A stretch of 64,000 nucleotides of DNA from Chloroflexia bacterium (GTDB lineage: Bacteria; Chloroflexota; Chloroflexia; QHBQ01), in assembly GCA_038229595.1 (NCBI GenBank), contig JBBROH010000001.1, forward strand, positions 50,633 to 114,632. The letters run 5' to 3'. Positions 43,580 to 51,826 of this stretch are shown here, one piece after another (the stretch's first letter is position 1; the number at the start of each line of letters is the position of its first letter). Position numbers and translations under genes: made by a program. Under the pieces are notes generated by a model. It worked only from the letters and a program-made list of their open reading frames with translations. It was not told the DNA's origin and did no database searches.

Positions 43580-45769
43580 ATGGCACACACGCTGACAACT
43601 GCCTCAACTTTGCAGAACGCACGCTACACCATCGCCGAAGTACTGGGCGAGGGCGGCTTTGGTGTTACCTACAAAGGGAACGACAATCGCCTGGGTCGCA
43701 CCGTGGCGATCAAGGAGTTGTTCCCTTTTGGCAGCAACCGCGAGGACGAGGGAGCAGTGACCGCCCCACTGACCTATACGCAGGGGCGGTGGGGCAAGGC
43801 GGTTGACGACTTCCTGCGCGAGGCTCGCACCATAGCTGGTCTCGACTACGCGGGTATCGTAGCCGTCTACGACTACTTTGAAGAAAACAATACTGCTTAC
43901 ATGGTGATGAAGTTTATTGATGGCACCCCGCTCGACCGCTATGTGTGGCAACAGGGTGGCAAGCTGGGTGACGAAGAAGCGGTGCGCTATACAGTGCAGG
44001 TTGGCAACGCCTTGAGTGTGCTGCACAGCCTCAACCTGCTGCACCGCGACGTGAAGCCAAACAATATTATGCTTACCCGTAGCGGGCCGGTGCTGATTGA
44101 CTTTGGGGCCGCCCGCGAGTTCCTGGTTGACCGCTCGGTACAGCAGACCGCCATTGGCACGCTGGGTTTCTCCGCCCCAGAGCAGTTCCACGTCTTTGGC
44201 CGCAAGGGGGCGTATACGGACGTGTACTCGCTGGCGGCTACTACTTACTATATGATCACTGGCAGTGCGCCAACTCCCCCCCTGGACGAGGCCGCCGCCG
44301 CCAGCCCGCTCTTGCCTGCCCTGGCCCACGCCCTGGCCTTTGAGCCGAAGGAGCGGCCTGCGACGATTGCTGCCTTCCTGGCCGAACTAACCGTTGGCAT
44401 GAGCAACGCCCCGACGATCCAGCCGCAGACGGTGGGTGGTTCACAGCCCTTCAACGAGCGGCCTTCCTCCAACCCGCTCCTGCCTCCCGCCGCGACTAGC
44501 CAGCCGCCCACACCGAGCGTGCCGTCGCTGACTTCTATCGTGCCGCCGCCCTTGACCGCTATTGTGCCACCCAGCCAGCCGCCTACACCGAGCGTGCCGT
44601 CGCTGACTTCTATCGTGCCGCCGCCCTTGACCGCTATTGCGCCACCCAGCCAGCCGCCTAGCCAGCCGATCAGCCAGCCTGTCGCTCCTTCGCTAGAGCA
44701 GGAGATGACTCGGCGGGGCTTGAGCATCTTGCCGGTAGTCTCTGGTCTGCTATTGCTGGCAGTGGCGGTGATCCTGCTGCTGGTCTTTAGCAACAGGCTG
44801 TCACCATCGCTGCCGTCCAACCCTGAGAATGCGGGTAAACCCTCCCCGGCGGTGCTGCTTGCTGATAGCACACTCACCCCCGCCGATGATGTGGCTGCTC
44901 TGCCCACTGAGCCATCATCAGTTGGGGCTAACCTACCCTCCACGCCAGAGGCTGACGGCACCCAACTGCCAGAGGCTGACAGCACCTCGCCACCAACCGA
45001 CACCGCGCCTGCTACTGATACGCCGCCTGCTACTGATACACCCGCTCCTCCTGATACGCCATTGGTGGTTGTCCCAGCAGCCAGCAACACGCCGTACATA
45101 ATTACTGCTACCCCACCACCCACCCCGCCTGCCACCGCTACGCCGCTGCCTAGCCTCACGCCAAAGTTGACGTTCACGCCGAAGCCGCCAACTACTACCC
45201 CCTTGCCACCGACTGCTACGCCGCTGCCGCCCACGCAGCTTGCGCCAAACCCGACCACAACCGCGGCAACCGCCCTCGGTGCAAACTGGGAGCGGCTCGG
45301 CTCTGCTGACTTTAATAGCTACTGCGCCACTGCTTTCGGTGGGGCGCAGGCCCGGCTCGACAAACTGCAAGATGCAGGTGTACTCGACTGGGCCTGCTAC
45401 GGCAACCCCGTGCGCGTCAGTGGCATGGTAATGAAGGATGCCTGTGTTGAGCAATACGGCGATGGGACCAGTGCCAACTTCACCAACGCCGATGATGCTT
45501 CTAGCTGGAACTGCTACCAGGGCTACAATTCGGTCGGTGCTGTGCCGATCAACGAATACTGCACCCGCCGCACGGTCTACGGCGAAGCTCGTCTAGACCC
45601 CAACCTGACCCCCGATGTGAAGCCTGCCTTCCGCTGGGCCTGCTTTGCGCCACCCGAAGTGGGGCGGGTGGATGGGGATGTGGCCTGCACGCGTCTCTAC
45701 CGTCGTTCCTTCGCCTATTGGCTGACCGCAGACGACCCCCATAGCTGGGCCTGCTACCGCCGCAAGTAG
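43580..45769 (+). CDS. Ser/Thr protein kinase with TM segment and Cys/Trp-rich extracellular C-terminal domain
   Basis: GEGGFGVTYKG, VAIKE, HRDVKPNN, DFG and APE motifs. P-rich linker, TM segment, duplicated Cys-rich module. Confidence 0.85.
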   Translation: MAHTLTTASTLQNARYTIAEVLGEGGFGVTYKGNDNRLGRTVAIKELFPFGSNREDEGAVTAPLTYTQGRWGKAVDDFLREARTIAGLDYAGIVAVYDYFEENNTAYMVMKFIDGTPLDRYVWQQGGKLGDEEAVRYTVQVGNALSVLHSLNLLHRDVKPNNIMLTRSGPVLIDFGAAREFLVDRSVQQTAIGTLGFSAPEQFHVFGRKGAYTDVYSLAATTYYMITGSAPTPPLDEAAAASPLLPALAHALAFEPKERPATIAAFLAELTVGMSNAPTIQPQTVGGSQPFNERPSSNPLLPPAATSQPPTPSVPSLTSIVPPPLTAIVPPSQPPTPSVPSLTSIVPPPLTAIAPPSQPPSQPISQPVAPSLEQEMTRRGLSILPVVSGLLLLAVAVILLLVFSNRLSPSLPSNPENAGKPSPAVLLADSTLTPADDVAALPTEPSSVGANLPSTPEADGTQLPEADSTSPPTDTAPATDTPPATDTPAPPDTPLVVVPAASNTPYIITATPPPTPPATATPLPSLTPKLTFTPKPPTTTPLPPTATPLPPTQLAPNPTTTAATALGANWERLGSADFNSYCATAFGGAQARLDKLQDAGVLDWACYGNPVRVSGMVMKDACVEQYGDGTSANFTNADDASSWNCYQGYNSVGAVPINEYCTRRTVYGEARLDPNLTPDVKPAFRWACFAPPEVGRVDGDVACTRLYRRSFAYWLTADDPHSWACYRRK
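44501..44650. repeat. 75-nt tandem duplication (2 copies, about 2 mismatches)
   Basis: 44501-44575 and 44576-44650 are near identical. They encode SQPPTPSVPSLTSIVPPPLTAI(V/A)PP twice. Confidence 0.9.
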
Positions 45770-45779
45770 AAAGCGAGCT

Positions 45780-47984
45780 ATGCGCGACCAACCACTACCC
45801 CCTGCTACCCTGCTCCAGAATGGCAAGTACCAGATCGTGCGCGTCCTCTCACAAGGCAGCCTCAGCTTCCTCTACGAGGGGGTTAGCACCCGCATCCGCC
45901 AGAGCGTGGTGATCAAGGAGTTGTTCCCCCGCCGCAGCGAGCGGCTGGCTAGCGGTGCGGTGCAGCCAACCAGCCAGTACGAGGAGCATGAGTGGGAGCA
46001 GGCGCGCCAGGCTTACGTGGATGAGGCCAGCCTGGTCGCGCAGTTCAGCACAGAGCCGCGCATCATGAACGTCCTCGATCAGTTCGACGAGAACAATACC
46101 GCCTACATGGTAACGCAACCGGCTGGTAGGCAGAACCTCTACGAGTACCTCGGCTCGCGGGGCGGCAAGCTGCCAGAGGTTGAGGCCAAGCGGATGACTG
46201 AGGAGATCGCCCGCGCCCTCAATGTGATGCACGCGCATGAGCCAGCCGTCTACCACCGCGACTTGCGCCCCAGCAACACGGTGATCAACGACGCGGGCGG
46301 GCCAGTGCTGATTGACTTCGGCGCAACCCGCTGGTACATGACCGAGATAGCGGGCGGCCTGAGCATGGTGGAGTATCGGCGCGGTTTCGCTGCCCCCGAA
46401 CTGCTAGACAACCCGGCCATCCCGCCCAGCCCCCAGCAAGATATTTACTCGCTGGGTGCGACCCTCTACGTGATGCTGATGGGCCGTGACCGCGTGCCTG
46501 TCCCCAGCGCAAAGCTGCCCGCCAACTTCGGTCGTGCTGTCCGCAAGGCAGTAGACAAGGCTCTGCAAGCCGACCCCGCCCGACGGCAGCGCGATGTGGG
46601 CGAGTTCATCCGCGACCTGCGCGGCGACGAGAACTTCTTTACCAGCCTGCCCAACTGGGTCAAGGCGGTAGGCAGCCTGGTCTTCAGCGGCATCGTCCTC
46701 GGCCTGCTAACTAACTATCTCTATAGCTGGCTCAATGCCCCCACGCCCACGCCCACGCCTACACCCGCCACACCGGTCGCAGTTGTCAGCCCACAGCGCA
46801 GCAGCACTGCCGTTGCGCCGACCACCAGCCCTGCTGGCCTTGCGCCCGCCCGCCCTGCCAACCCCACGCCGCTGCCATTGGTTGATCGTTGCACCGTGCC
46901 TGCCCTTAATGCCAGCCCAGTGACCGACCCTGGTGCGGTCTTTCAGGAGCGGGCAGGCGGTCGCACCTTGCTGAATGGGCGCGGGGCTACCTTCCCTGCT
47001 ATCTACTACCAGCTTGTCTTTCCAGAGTTTGACACCAGCTACAACGCCAGGGCTGGGTTGTACTACCGCTGTGACGGCTCTGGGGCTGGGATCAGTGCGA
47101 TCCTCAACAACCAGGTGGATTTTGCCGCTGCTGACTACCAGGACGATAGCATCAGCAAGGCGCAGGATGGGGCCTACCTGCAAATCCCTATCGTTCTTGG
47201 CGGGGTGGCGGTGCTGACCAGGCTACCAGGCAGTAGCGCGGGCAACCATCTCTACCTCAGCCCCACCACGATCAGCAAGATTTACAGGGGCGAGATTACT
47301 CGCTGGAACGACCCGGCTATTGCCGCTGACAACGCCAATAACCCCAGCAAACCAACCTTGCCCGACCAACAGATCGTCCCAGTCTACCGCAAGGAGTCGA
47401 GTGGCACCAGCCGGGCCTTCGCCAACTATCTCTATCGTGGCACTGGCGACCCAGCCTGGCAGAACAAGGATGTCTTCCCCAGGGCGGCGGGCGGTAGGGC
47501 AGTTGAGGGGAACAATGGTATGATCGGCGAACTGACCAGCAGCGAGTACACGATTGGCTACGTGGAGATTGCTTACCTGGATGCGGCTCTGCGCGGCAGC
47601 TTCCCGCAGGGTCTATCCTACGCTTACCCACAGAATAGCAGCGGCAAGTATGTGGAGCCGACCTGGGAGAGCGTCCGCGAGGCGGCCAGTGATGCTACCC
47701 TCTCGCCCAGCCTCAACCTCGGCTTCAGCGACGCGCAGGGTGGCTATCCAATCACCACTGCTAGCTACCTGATCGTGCGCCGCGACTACCAGGATACCCC
47801 CGACGAGCGGCGGCGGGCTATTGCCCTCAGCAATCTCCTGCGCTGGCTACTCAGCGAGGGCCAACGCTACGTCGAAAACCGCGAGGTACGCTCCTACGCC
47901 GCCTTGCCCAATCCCGTGCGCGACGTTGCTCTGCGCCAAGTCTGCACCATCACCGTCGGTGGGCTGGCCGACACTTGTAAGTGA
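45780..47984 (+). CDS. Ser/Thr protein kinase fused to a PstS-like phosphate-binding domain
   Basis: Kinase motifs VVIKE, HRDLRPSN, DFG, APE. TM segment. Extracellular GATFPAIYY...GSGAGI...VDFAAAD...SSGTSRAFANYL, resembling PstS. Confidence 0.85.
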   Translation: MRDQPLPPATLLQNGKYQIVRVLSQGSLSFLYEGVSTRIRQSVVIKELFPRRSERLASGAVQPTSQYEEHEWEQARQAYVDEASLVAQFSTEPRIMNVLDQFDENNTAYMVTQPAGRQNLYEYLGSRGGKLPEVEAKRMTEEIARALNVMHAHEPAVYHRDLRPSNTVINDAGGPVLIDFGATRWYMTEIAGGLSMVEYRRGFAAPELLDNPAIPPSPQQDIYSLGATLYVMLMGRDRVPVPSAKLPANFGRAVRKAVDKALQADPARRQRDVGEFIRDLRGDENFFTSLPNWVKAVGSLVFSGIVLGLLTNYLYSWLNAPTPTPTPTPATPVAVVSPQRSSTAVAPTTSPAGLAPARPANPTPLPLVDRCTVPALNASPVTDPGAVFQERAGGRTLLNGRGATFPAIYYQLVFPEFDTSYNARAGLYYRCDGSGAGISAILNNQVDFAAADYQDDSISKAQDGAYLQIPIVLGGVAVLTRLPGSSAGNHLYLSPTTISKIYRGEITRWNDPAIAADNANNPSKPTLPDQQIVPVYRKESSGTSRAFANYLYRGTGDPAWQNKDVFPRAAGGRAVEGNNGMIGELTSSEYTIGYVEIAYLDAALRGSFPQGLSYAYPQNSSGKYVEPTWESVREAASDATLSPSLNLGFSDAQGGYPITTASYLIVRRDYQDTPDERRRAIALSNLLRWLLSEGQRYVENREVRSYAALPNPVRDVALRQVCTITVGGLADTCK

Positions 47985-48005
47985 GCTAAGGCGATCATGG
48001 GCGGC

Positions 48006-48037
48006 AAGAAGAAGGGGGCGCACCGCAGTGCGCCCCC
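48006..48037 (-). terminator. intrinsic terminator between convergent genes
   Basis: Perfect 10-bp stem GGGGGCGCAC / GTGCGCCCCC. On the minus strand it is followed by TTCTTCTTG. Confidence 0.6.
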
Positions 48038-48053
48038 GCTCGTTGCCCCCAAG

Positions 48054-49190
48054 CTACTTGTTGATCGCATCGCGGATGAACCGCCAGGTGGTCGAGTCGA
48101 TCCAGGGGTTGCTGTTAACGGCGGCCATGAAGCTGTAGTAGGGTTCGCCGTCTGCGTCCTTGAACTTGGACTGGATCAGGGCTGGGCGGCCCTTGAGGTC
48201 GGGCAGCTTGCTGTCGTTGTTCGGCATATTGACCCAGTAGCCATTGTCGTCAAGTGGGTTGCCTACCTTGTTCTTGCTCGCGTCGTAGTCGTCTAGCAAG
48301 CCGTAGGTATGGCCCATCTCGTGGCCCGCCACCGCGATGTAGTTAAGGATCGCGCTCGTCACTGTCCCCTTGATCGAGGTGATCTCCAGGCCAGCGGTGG
48401 TCGGCGATTTCATGTGGTCGGCGAACCACTTGGGCGGCAGCACCCCGACCACTATGGTCGCGTCGGGCATCGTCTTGCCACTGTGGCCCACTGTATTGCG
48501 GCCCACCACCCCGACGCTGGCGTACATGGCGGTGATCGCTGTCCAGTTGATCTCCCCATTGTCGTCGGCTACCGTACTCTCGAAGGGGCGCAGGTTGTAG
48601 GGTGCATCCGCATAGTCGTACTCGAAGGCACTGCTGGGTAGCGGGTAGGTCGCCTTGATGAACTCGAAGTTCTCCTGCGCCATCTTCGGTATCTCGCGGT
48701 CGAAGTTGTAACGGCTGCGGTTAGAGTCGGTCCAGTCTACGGGCAGGAAGAAGATTTTGATCTTCGTCGCCTTCATCTGGATCGCCTTCTTCTCTGGCGT
48801 AGTTACTTGGGTATTGCTGCCCGTGTTGCTAGCCCCCTGCGTCTCGATCTTGACATTGGCAGTGTAGCTAGCCGCCCGACTGGGGCCGCCGGGGACGGTC
48901 ACGGCGATGTAGTTGTCGCTGCTGCTGACGTTCTTGGTTGCCTCATAGCTGCGGTTCTCAAAGATAGCGGTGGCCTTGAGCGACACTGGGGCGGTGTTGT
49001 TCAGGTTGAGGATGACGATCACCACCATGTCCTTACCGACGATCAAATCCTCGCTAGCCAACGTCTGGCTGAGGATTGCTTGCTTGATGCTGATTGCTGC
49101 CTGGGCGTGGGTTGGAGCGGTTTGACCCAGCAGTAGCAGAGCCAGCAGTAGCAGCGACCCAGCGGCCTTACTCATGGTTTGCTTCTTCAT
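48054..49190 (-). CDS. secreted zinc metalloprotease (HExxHxxGxxD motif)
   Basis: Signal peptide MKKQTMSKAAGSLLLLALLLL, with GGAGGA RBS. Active-site motif HEMGHTYGLLDDY. Confidence 0.7.
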   Translation of the reverse strand: MKKQTMSKAAGSLLLLALLLLGQTAPTHAQAAISIKQAILSQTLASEDLIVGKDMVVIVILNLNNTAPVSLKATAIFENRSYEATKNVSSSDNYIAVTVPGGPSRAASYTANVKIETQGASNTGSNTQVTTPEKKAIQMKATKIKIFFLPVDWTDSNRSRYNFDREIPKMAQENFEFIKATYPLPSSAFEYDYADAPYNLRPFESTVADDNGEINWTAITAMYASVGVVGRNTVGHSGKTMPDATIVVGVLPPKWFADHMKSPTTAGLEITSIKGTVTSAILNYIAVAGHEMGHTYGLLDDYDASKNKVGNPLDDNGYWVNMPNNDSKLPDLKGRPALIQSKFKDADGEPYYSFMAAVNSNPWIDSTTWRFIRDAINK

Positions 49191-49246
49191 AGTTACTTGT
49201 TCCTCCATTGGTGGGGGCGTGGCTTGTTGCCTGCCCCCGCTGCGCC

Positions 49247-50977
49247 TCACCTGCTGAGGTGTTCCTGATAGCTTAGCTTCACGGCCTGGCCCGCATTGCC
49301 GAGGGCAACCAGGATGTAGTTGCCGCTGGGCAGCTTGAGGCTAGCGAGTGTGCTGCTCTGGCTGCTATAGAGCGGCTTGGTCGGGTCGTTGACCGAGTAG
49401 ATACCCCAGAGGCCATCGCCAGAGAGCAGCTTGAAGTTGTCGGCGTAGCCACCGAGTGGCACCACGATGTTGTCGTCATAGACCTGGCGGCTGTTCCACC
49501 TCTCGTTGACGACGCGGCTCTCAATTGTGCGCTGCTGGGTGAAGCCCGCGCCACTATTACTGCTATTAAAGTTCTTGTCTACAAAATCCTTGTCGCCACT
49601 GACCGGTTCACCCGTCTTGCCGTCGATCACGGAGAGCAGGCTGACCGCCTTCCAGAGGTCGGCTTCACTCTTTTTGCCATCCAGCCACGCTTGCCAGTCG
49701 GAACGGCTGAGGCTGTAGACAATCACATAGAGCTTACCCTTCTGCGGGTAGAGGAGGGCGCAGAGGCCGCTCTTGAGGTTGGGGTAGGCAGTCATCAGCG
49801 TACCCCAACCGCTCAACATCTCGGCCCGTAGGTTCTGGTCGAAGCTCTTGCTCACCATGTCCATGTAGACTGCACCCTGGGCTACGTTGTCGCCGTGGAT
49901 GTCCTTCTGCTCGATGTAGTCCACCTGCTGCACGTTATAGCCTTGCAAGGCGAGGCCGTCGGCGATCTGCTGCTTGGTCGCTTCGGTGCTGCGGGCGGGC
50001 TTGTCCACCAACACTACTGCGCTGGCGGGGCTGTCGATCTGTACGTCGTTGCCCGCGTTGGCCTTCGCCTTGACCCTTAGCTCCTTGACCGCCTGGCCGA
50101 GCGTCAACTGGCCGCGGGCTGCGCCGTCGCCGCTGGTCGGCTCGTCGCCGAGAGCCTGCTCGTCATTGCCAGTAGTCTGGGCGGTAAAGACGATCTTCTG
50201 CTTGGGTGCGGGCCGGTAGTCCTTGTCGCTGACGGTAGCAACGAGCGTAAGCCTGGTACTATCGTCGGCTGGCACAAAGGCGGAGGAGGGTTGCAAGCGC
50301 AGGTAGCCATTGCCAGCACTGTGCTGGTCGCTCTGGGGGGGAGTATTGTCGGTCGGCAGGGTGGGGGTAGTGCCGCCACTCTTGTCGCCAAAATCCTTAC
50401 TGCCCGCACTGATCTTGGCAAACTCCTTCTCGCTCACCTCGGTACCACTGGTCTTGTCGAGGATAAAGAAGTTGCTGCTCACGCCCTTCCAGAGGTCGTC
50501 CCCGCTCAACTTGCCCTCAATGGCTCGCTGGAAGTCGCTGGCCTGGGCAGGGAAGACTAGCCAGTAGTTACCTATCTCTAGCGCACTAAAGAGGTTGGCC
50601 GACTTGGGGTAGTAGGTGTGCAAGGCGTAGAAGCCTTCAACCGCCTGCTGGATGTTGTTCTCATCCTCATAGGCGTGTTGGCTGGTTGGGTCGAAGGTGG
50701 GGGAGTAGAGGTCCATAATCACGCCAACGGTGCTGCGGTCTACGTTGCCCTTACTGTCGGTCACATAACCGACATCAACTATGCTGTAGCCCTTGCTGCT
50801 CAGGTAGCTAGAGACGCTGTTCCCGGCTGCGTCGCTGCTACCGCCTCCGACCGCGCTGCTACTCTGGGCGCGGGCAGTCTGGGGCGTAAGCAGGCTGATC
50901 GTCAACAGCAGCACAGCCAACCCTGCCAGCATTGCCATGCCCTGGCGCAGCAGTTTTATAGTAACACGATTCTCCAT
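49247..50977 (-). CDS. secreted protein with an internally duplicated domain
   Basis: Signal peptide. Two copies of a ~130-aa module (...GY.i..V.Y.......V..g.v.MD..S..FD...; ...DLWK.VS...). No known motif. Confidence 0.6.
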   Translation of the reverse strand: MENRVTIKLLRQGMAMLAGLAVLLLTISLLTPQTARAQSSSAVGGGSSDAAGNSVSSYLSSKGYSIVDVGYVTDSKGNVDRSTVGVIMDLYSPTFDPTSQHAYEDENNIQQAVEGFYALHTYYPKSANLFSALEIGNYWLVFPAQASDFQRAIEGKLSGDDLWKGVSSNFFILDKTSGTEVSEKEFAKISAGSKDFGDKSGGTTPTLPTDNTPPQSDQHSAGNGYLRLQPSSAFVPADDSTRLTLVATVSDKDYRPAPKQKIVFTAQTTGNDEQALGDEPTSGDGAARGQLTLGQAVKELRVKAKANAGNDVQIDSPASAVVLVDKPARSTEATKQQIADGLALQGYNVQQVDYIEQKDIHGDNVAQGAVYMDMVSKSFDQNLRAEMLSGWGTLMTAYPNLKSGLCALLYPQKGKLYVIVYSLSRSDWQAWLDGKKSEADLWKAVSLLSVIDGKTGEPVSGDKDFVDKNFNSSNSGAGFTQQRTIESRVVNERWNSRQVYDDNIVVPLGGYADNFKLLSGDGLWGIYSVNDPTKPLYSSQSSTLASLKLPSGNYILVALGNAGQAVKLSYQEHLSR

Positions 50978-51299
50978 CTTGAACACTCCTCTGGCTGGGT
51001 AGCCGGGGCTGTGGCCCACTTGCGAGCCACCTCACAATGCGGAAGTTGCCAGCCCATTATAGCATGAAACGAGCAAACGATCATCTAACTGCATAAAATG
51101 GACGCTGCTTTAGATTATACGCAGCCTCCACCTGTTTTGTTGCGGTCTGGGGCCAAAACTAACATCCTCCTCACCGATTGCTGTCCCGCAACCTGCCAGT
51201 GGGCGGCAGCTACCAGCCCCACCTGAGCAGGTGCGCTGGCTGCTATTTGCCGCCACCCGCTGCAACATGGTATAGTAGCAGCGCGGCGGCCTCCACCCT

Positions 51300-51779
51300 G
51301 TGAGGTTGCCCAACCCGGACATCATCTGCCAGCAGGTATGCGTGGCGGTAGCACTGGCTGACGGAGGTAACAACCTGGCCCCGAACGAACAACAGAGCCA
51401 CAACCAGCTAGCAGCGAGGCCACCGCTGCCAGTCGCCAGCCTCGGCCCGGAGCCACGCCAGCCTGAGCCGATCAGCTTCGTCGAGCAGTTGGTGGGGCCG
51501 ATCCGCTCGCTGCCCTATGTTGCCTACGCCTGTACTATGGCCGTCGCGCTGCTGGGCTTGCTCGGTTTGAGCGGCTGGGGAGTTCTGCTGGCTATTGTCA
51601 GCATCGCGCTTAGCAGCTATCTGCTACGCAAGAACTGGGAGATCAAAGACTCGCGGCTACCTCTCTCCCTGCTGCTGGGCAACGCACTGCTTGCCTGGCT
51701 GCTGTTCATGATCGAGATCATGCAGGTCTACCCCTGGCTGCGCGACCTGCCAACTATCCTCACTGGCAAGCCAGCCTAG
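51300..51779 (+). CDS. hypothetical membrane protein
   Basis: The C-terminal half has 2-3 TM segments. The GTG start is uncertain. Confidence 0.4.
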   Translation: MRLPNPDIICQQVCVAVALADGGNNLAPNEQQSHNQLAARPPLPVASLGPEPRQPEPISFVEQLVGPIRSLPYVAYACTMAVALLGLLGLSGWGVLLAIVSIALSSYLLRKNWEIKDSRLPLSLLLGNALLAWLLFMIEIMQVYPWLRDLPTILTGKPA

Positions 51780-51826
51780 TAGCGAATCAGCAAGCCACGC
51801 CGCTGAACCGCATGATGTGGGTCTCT

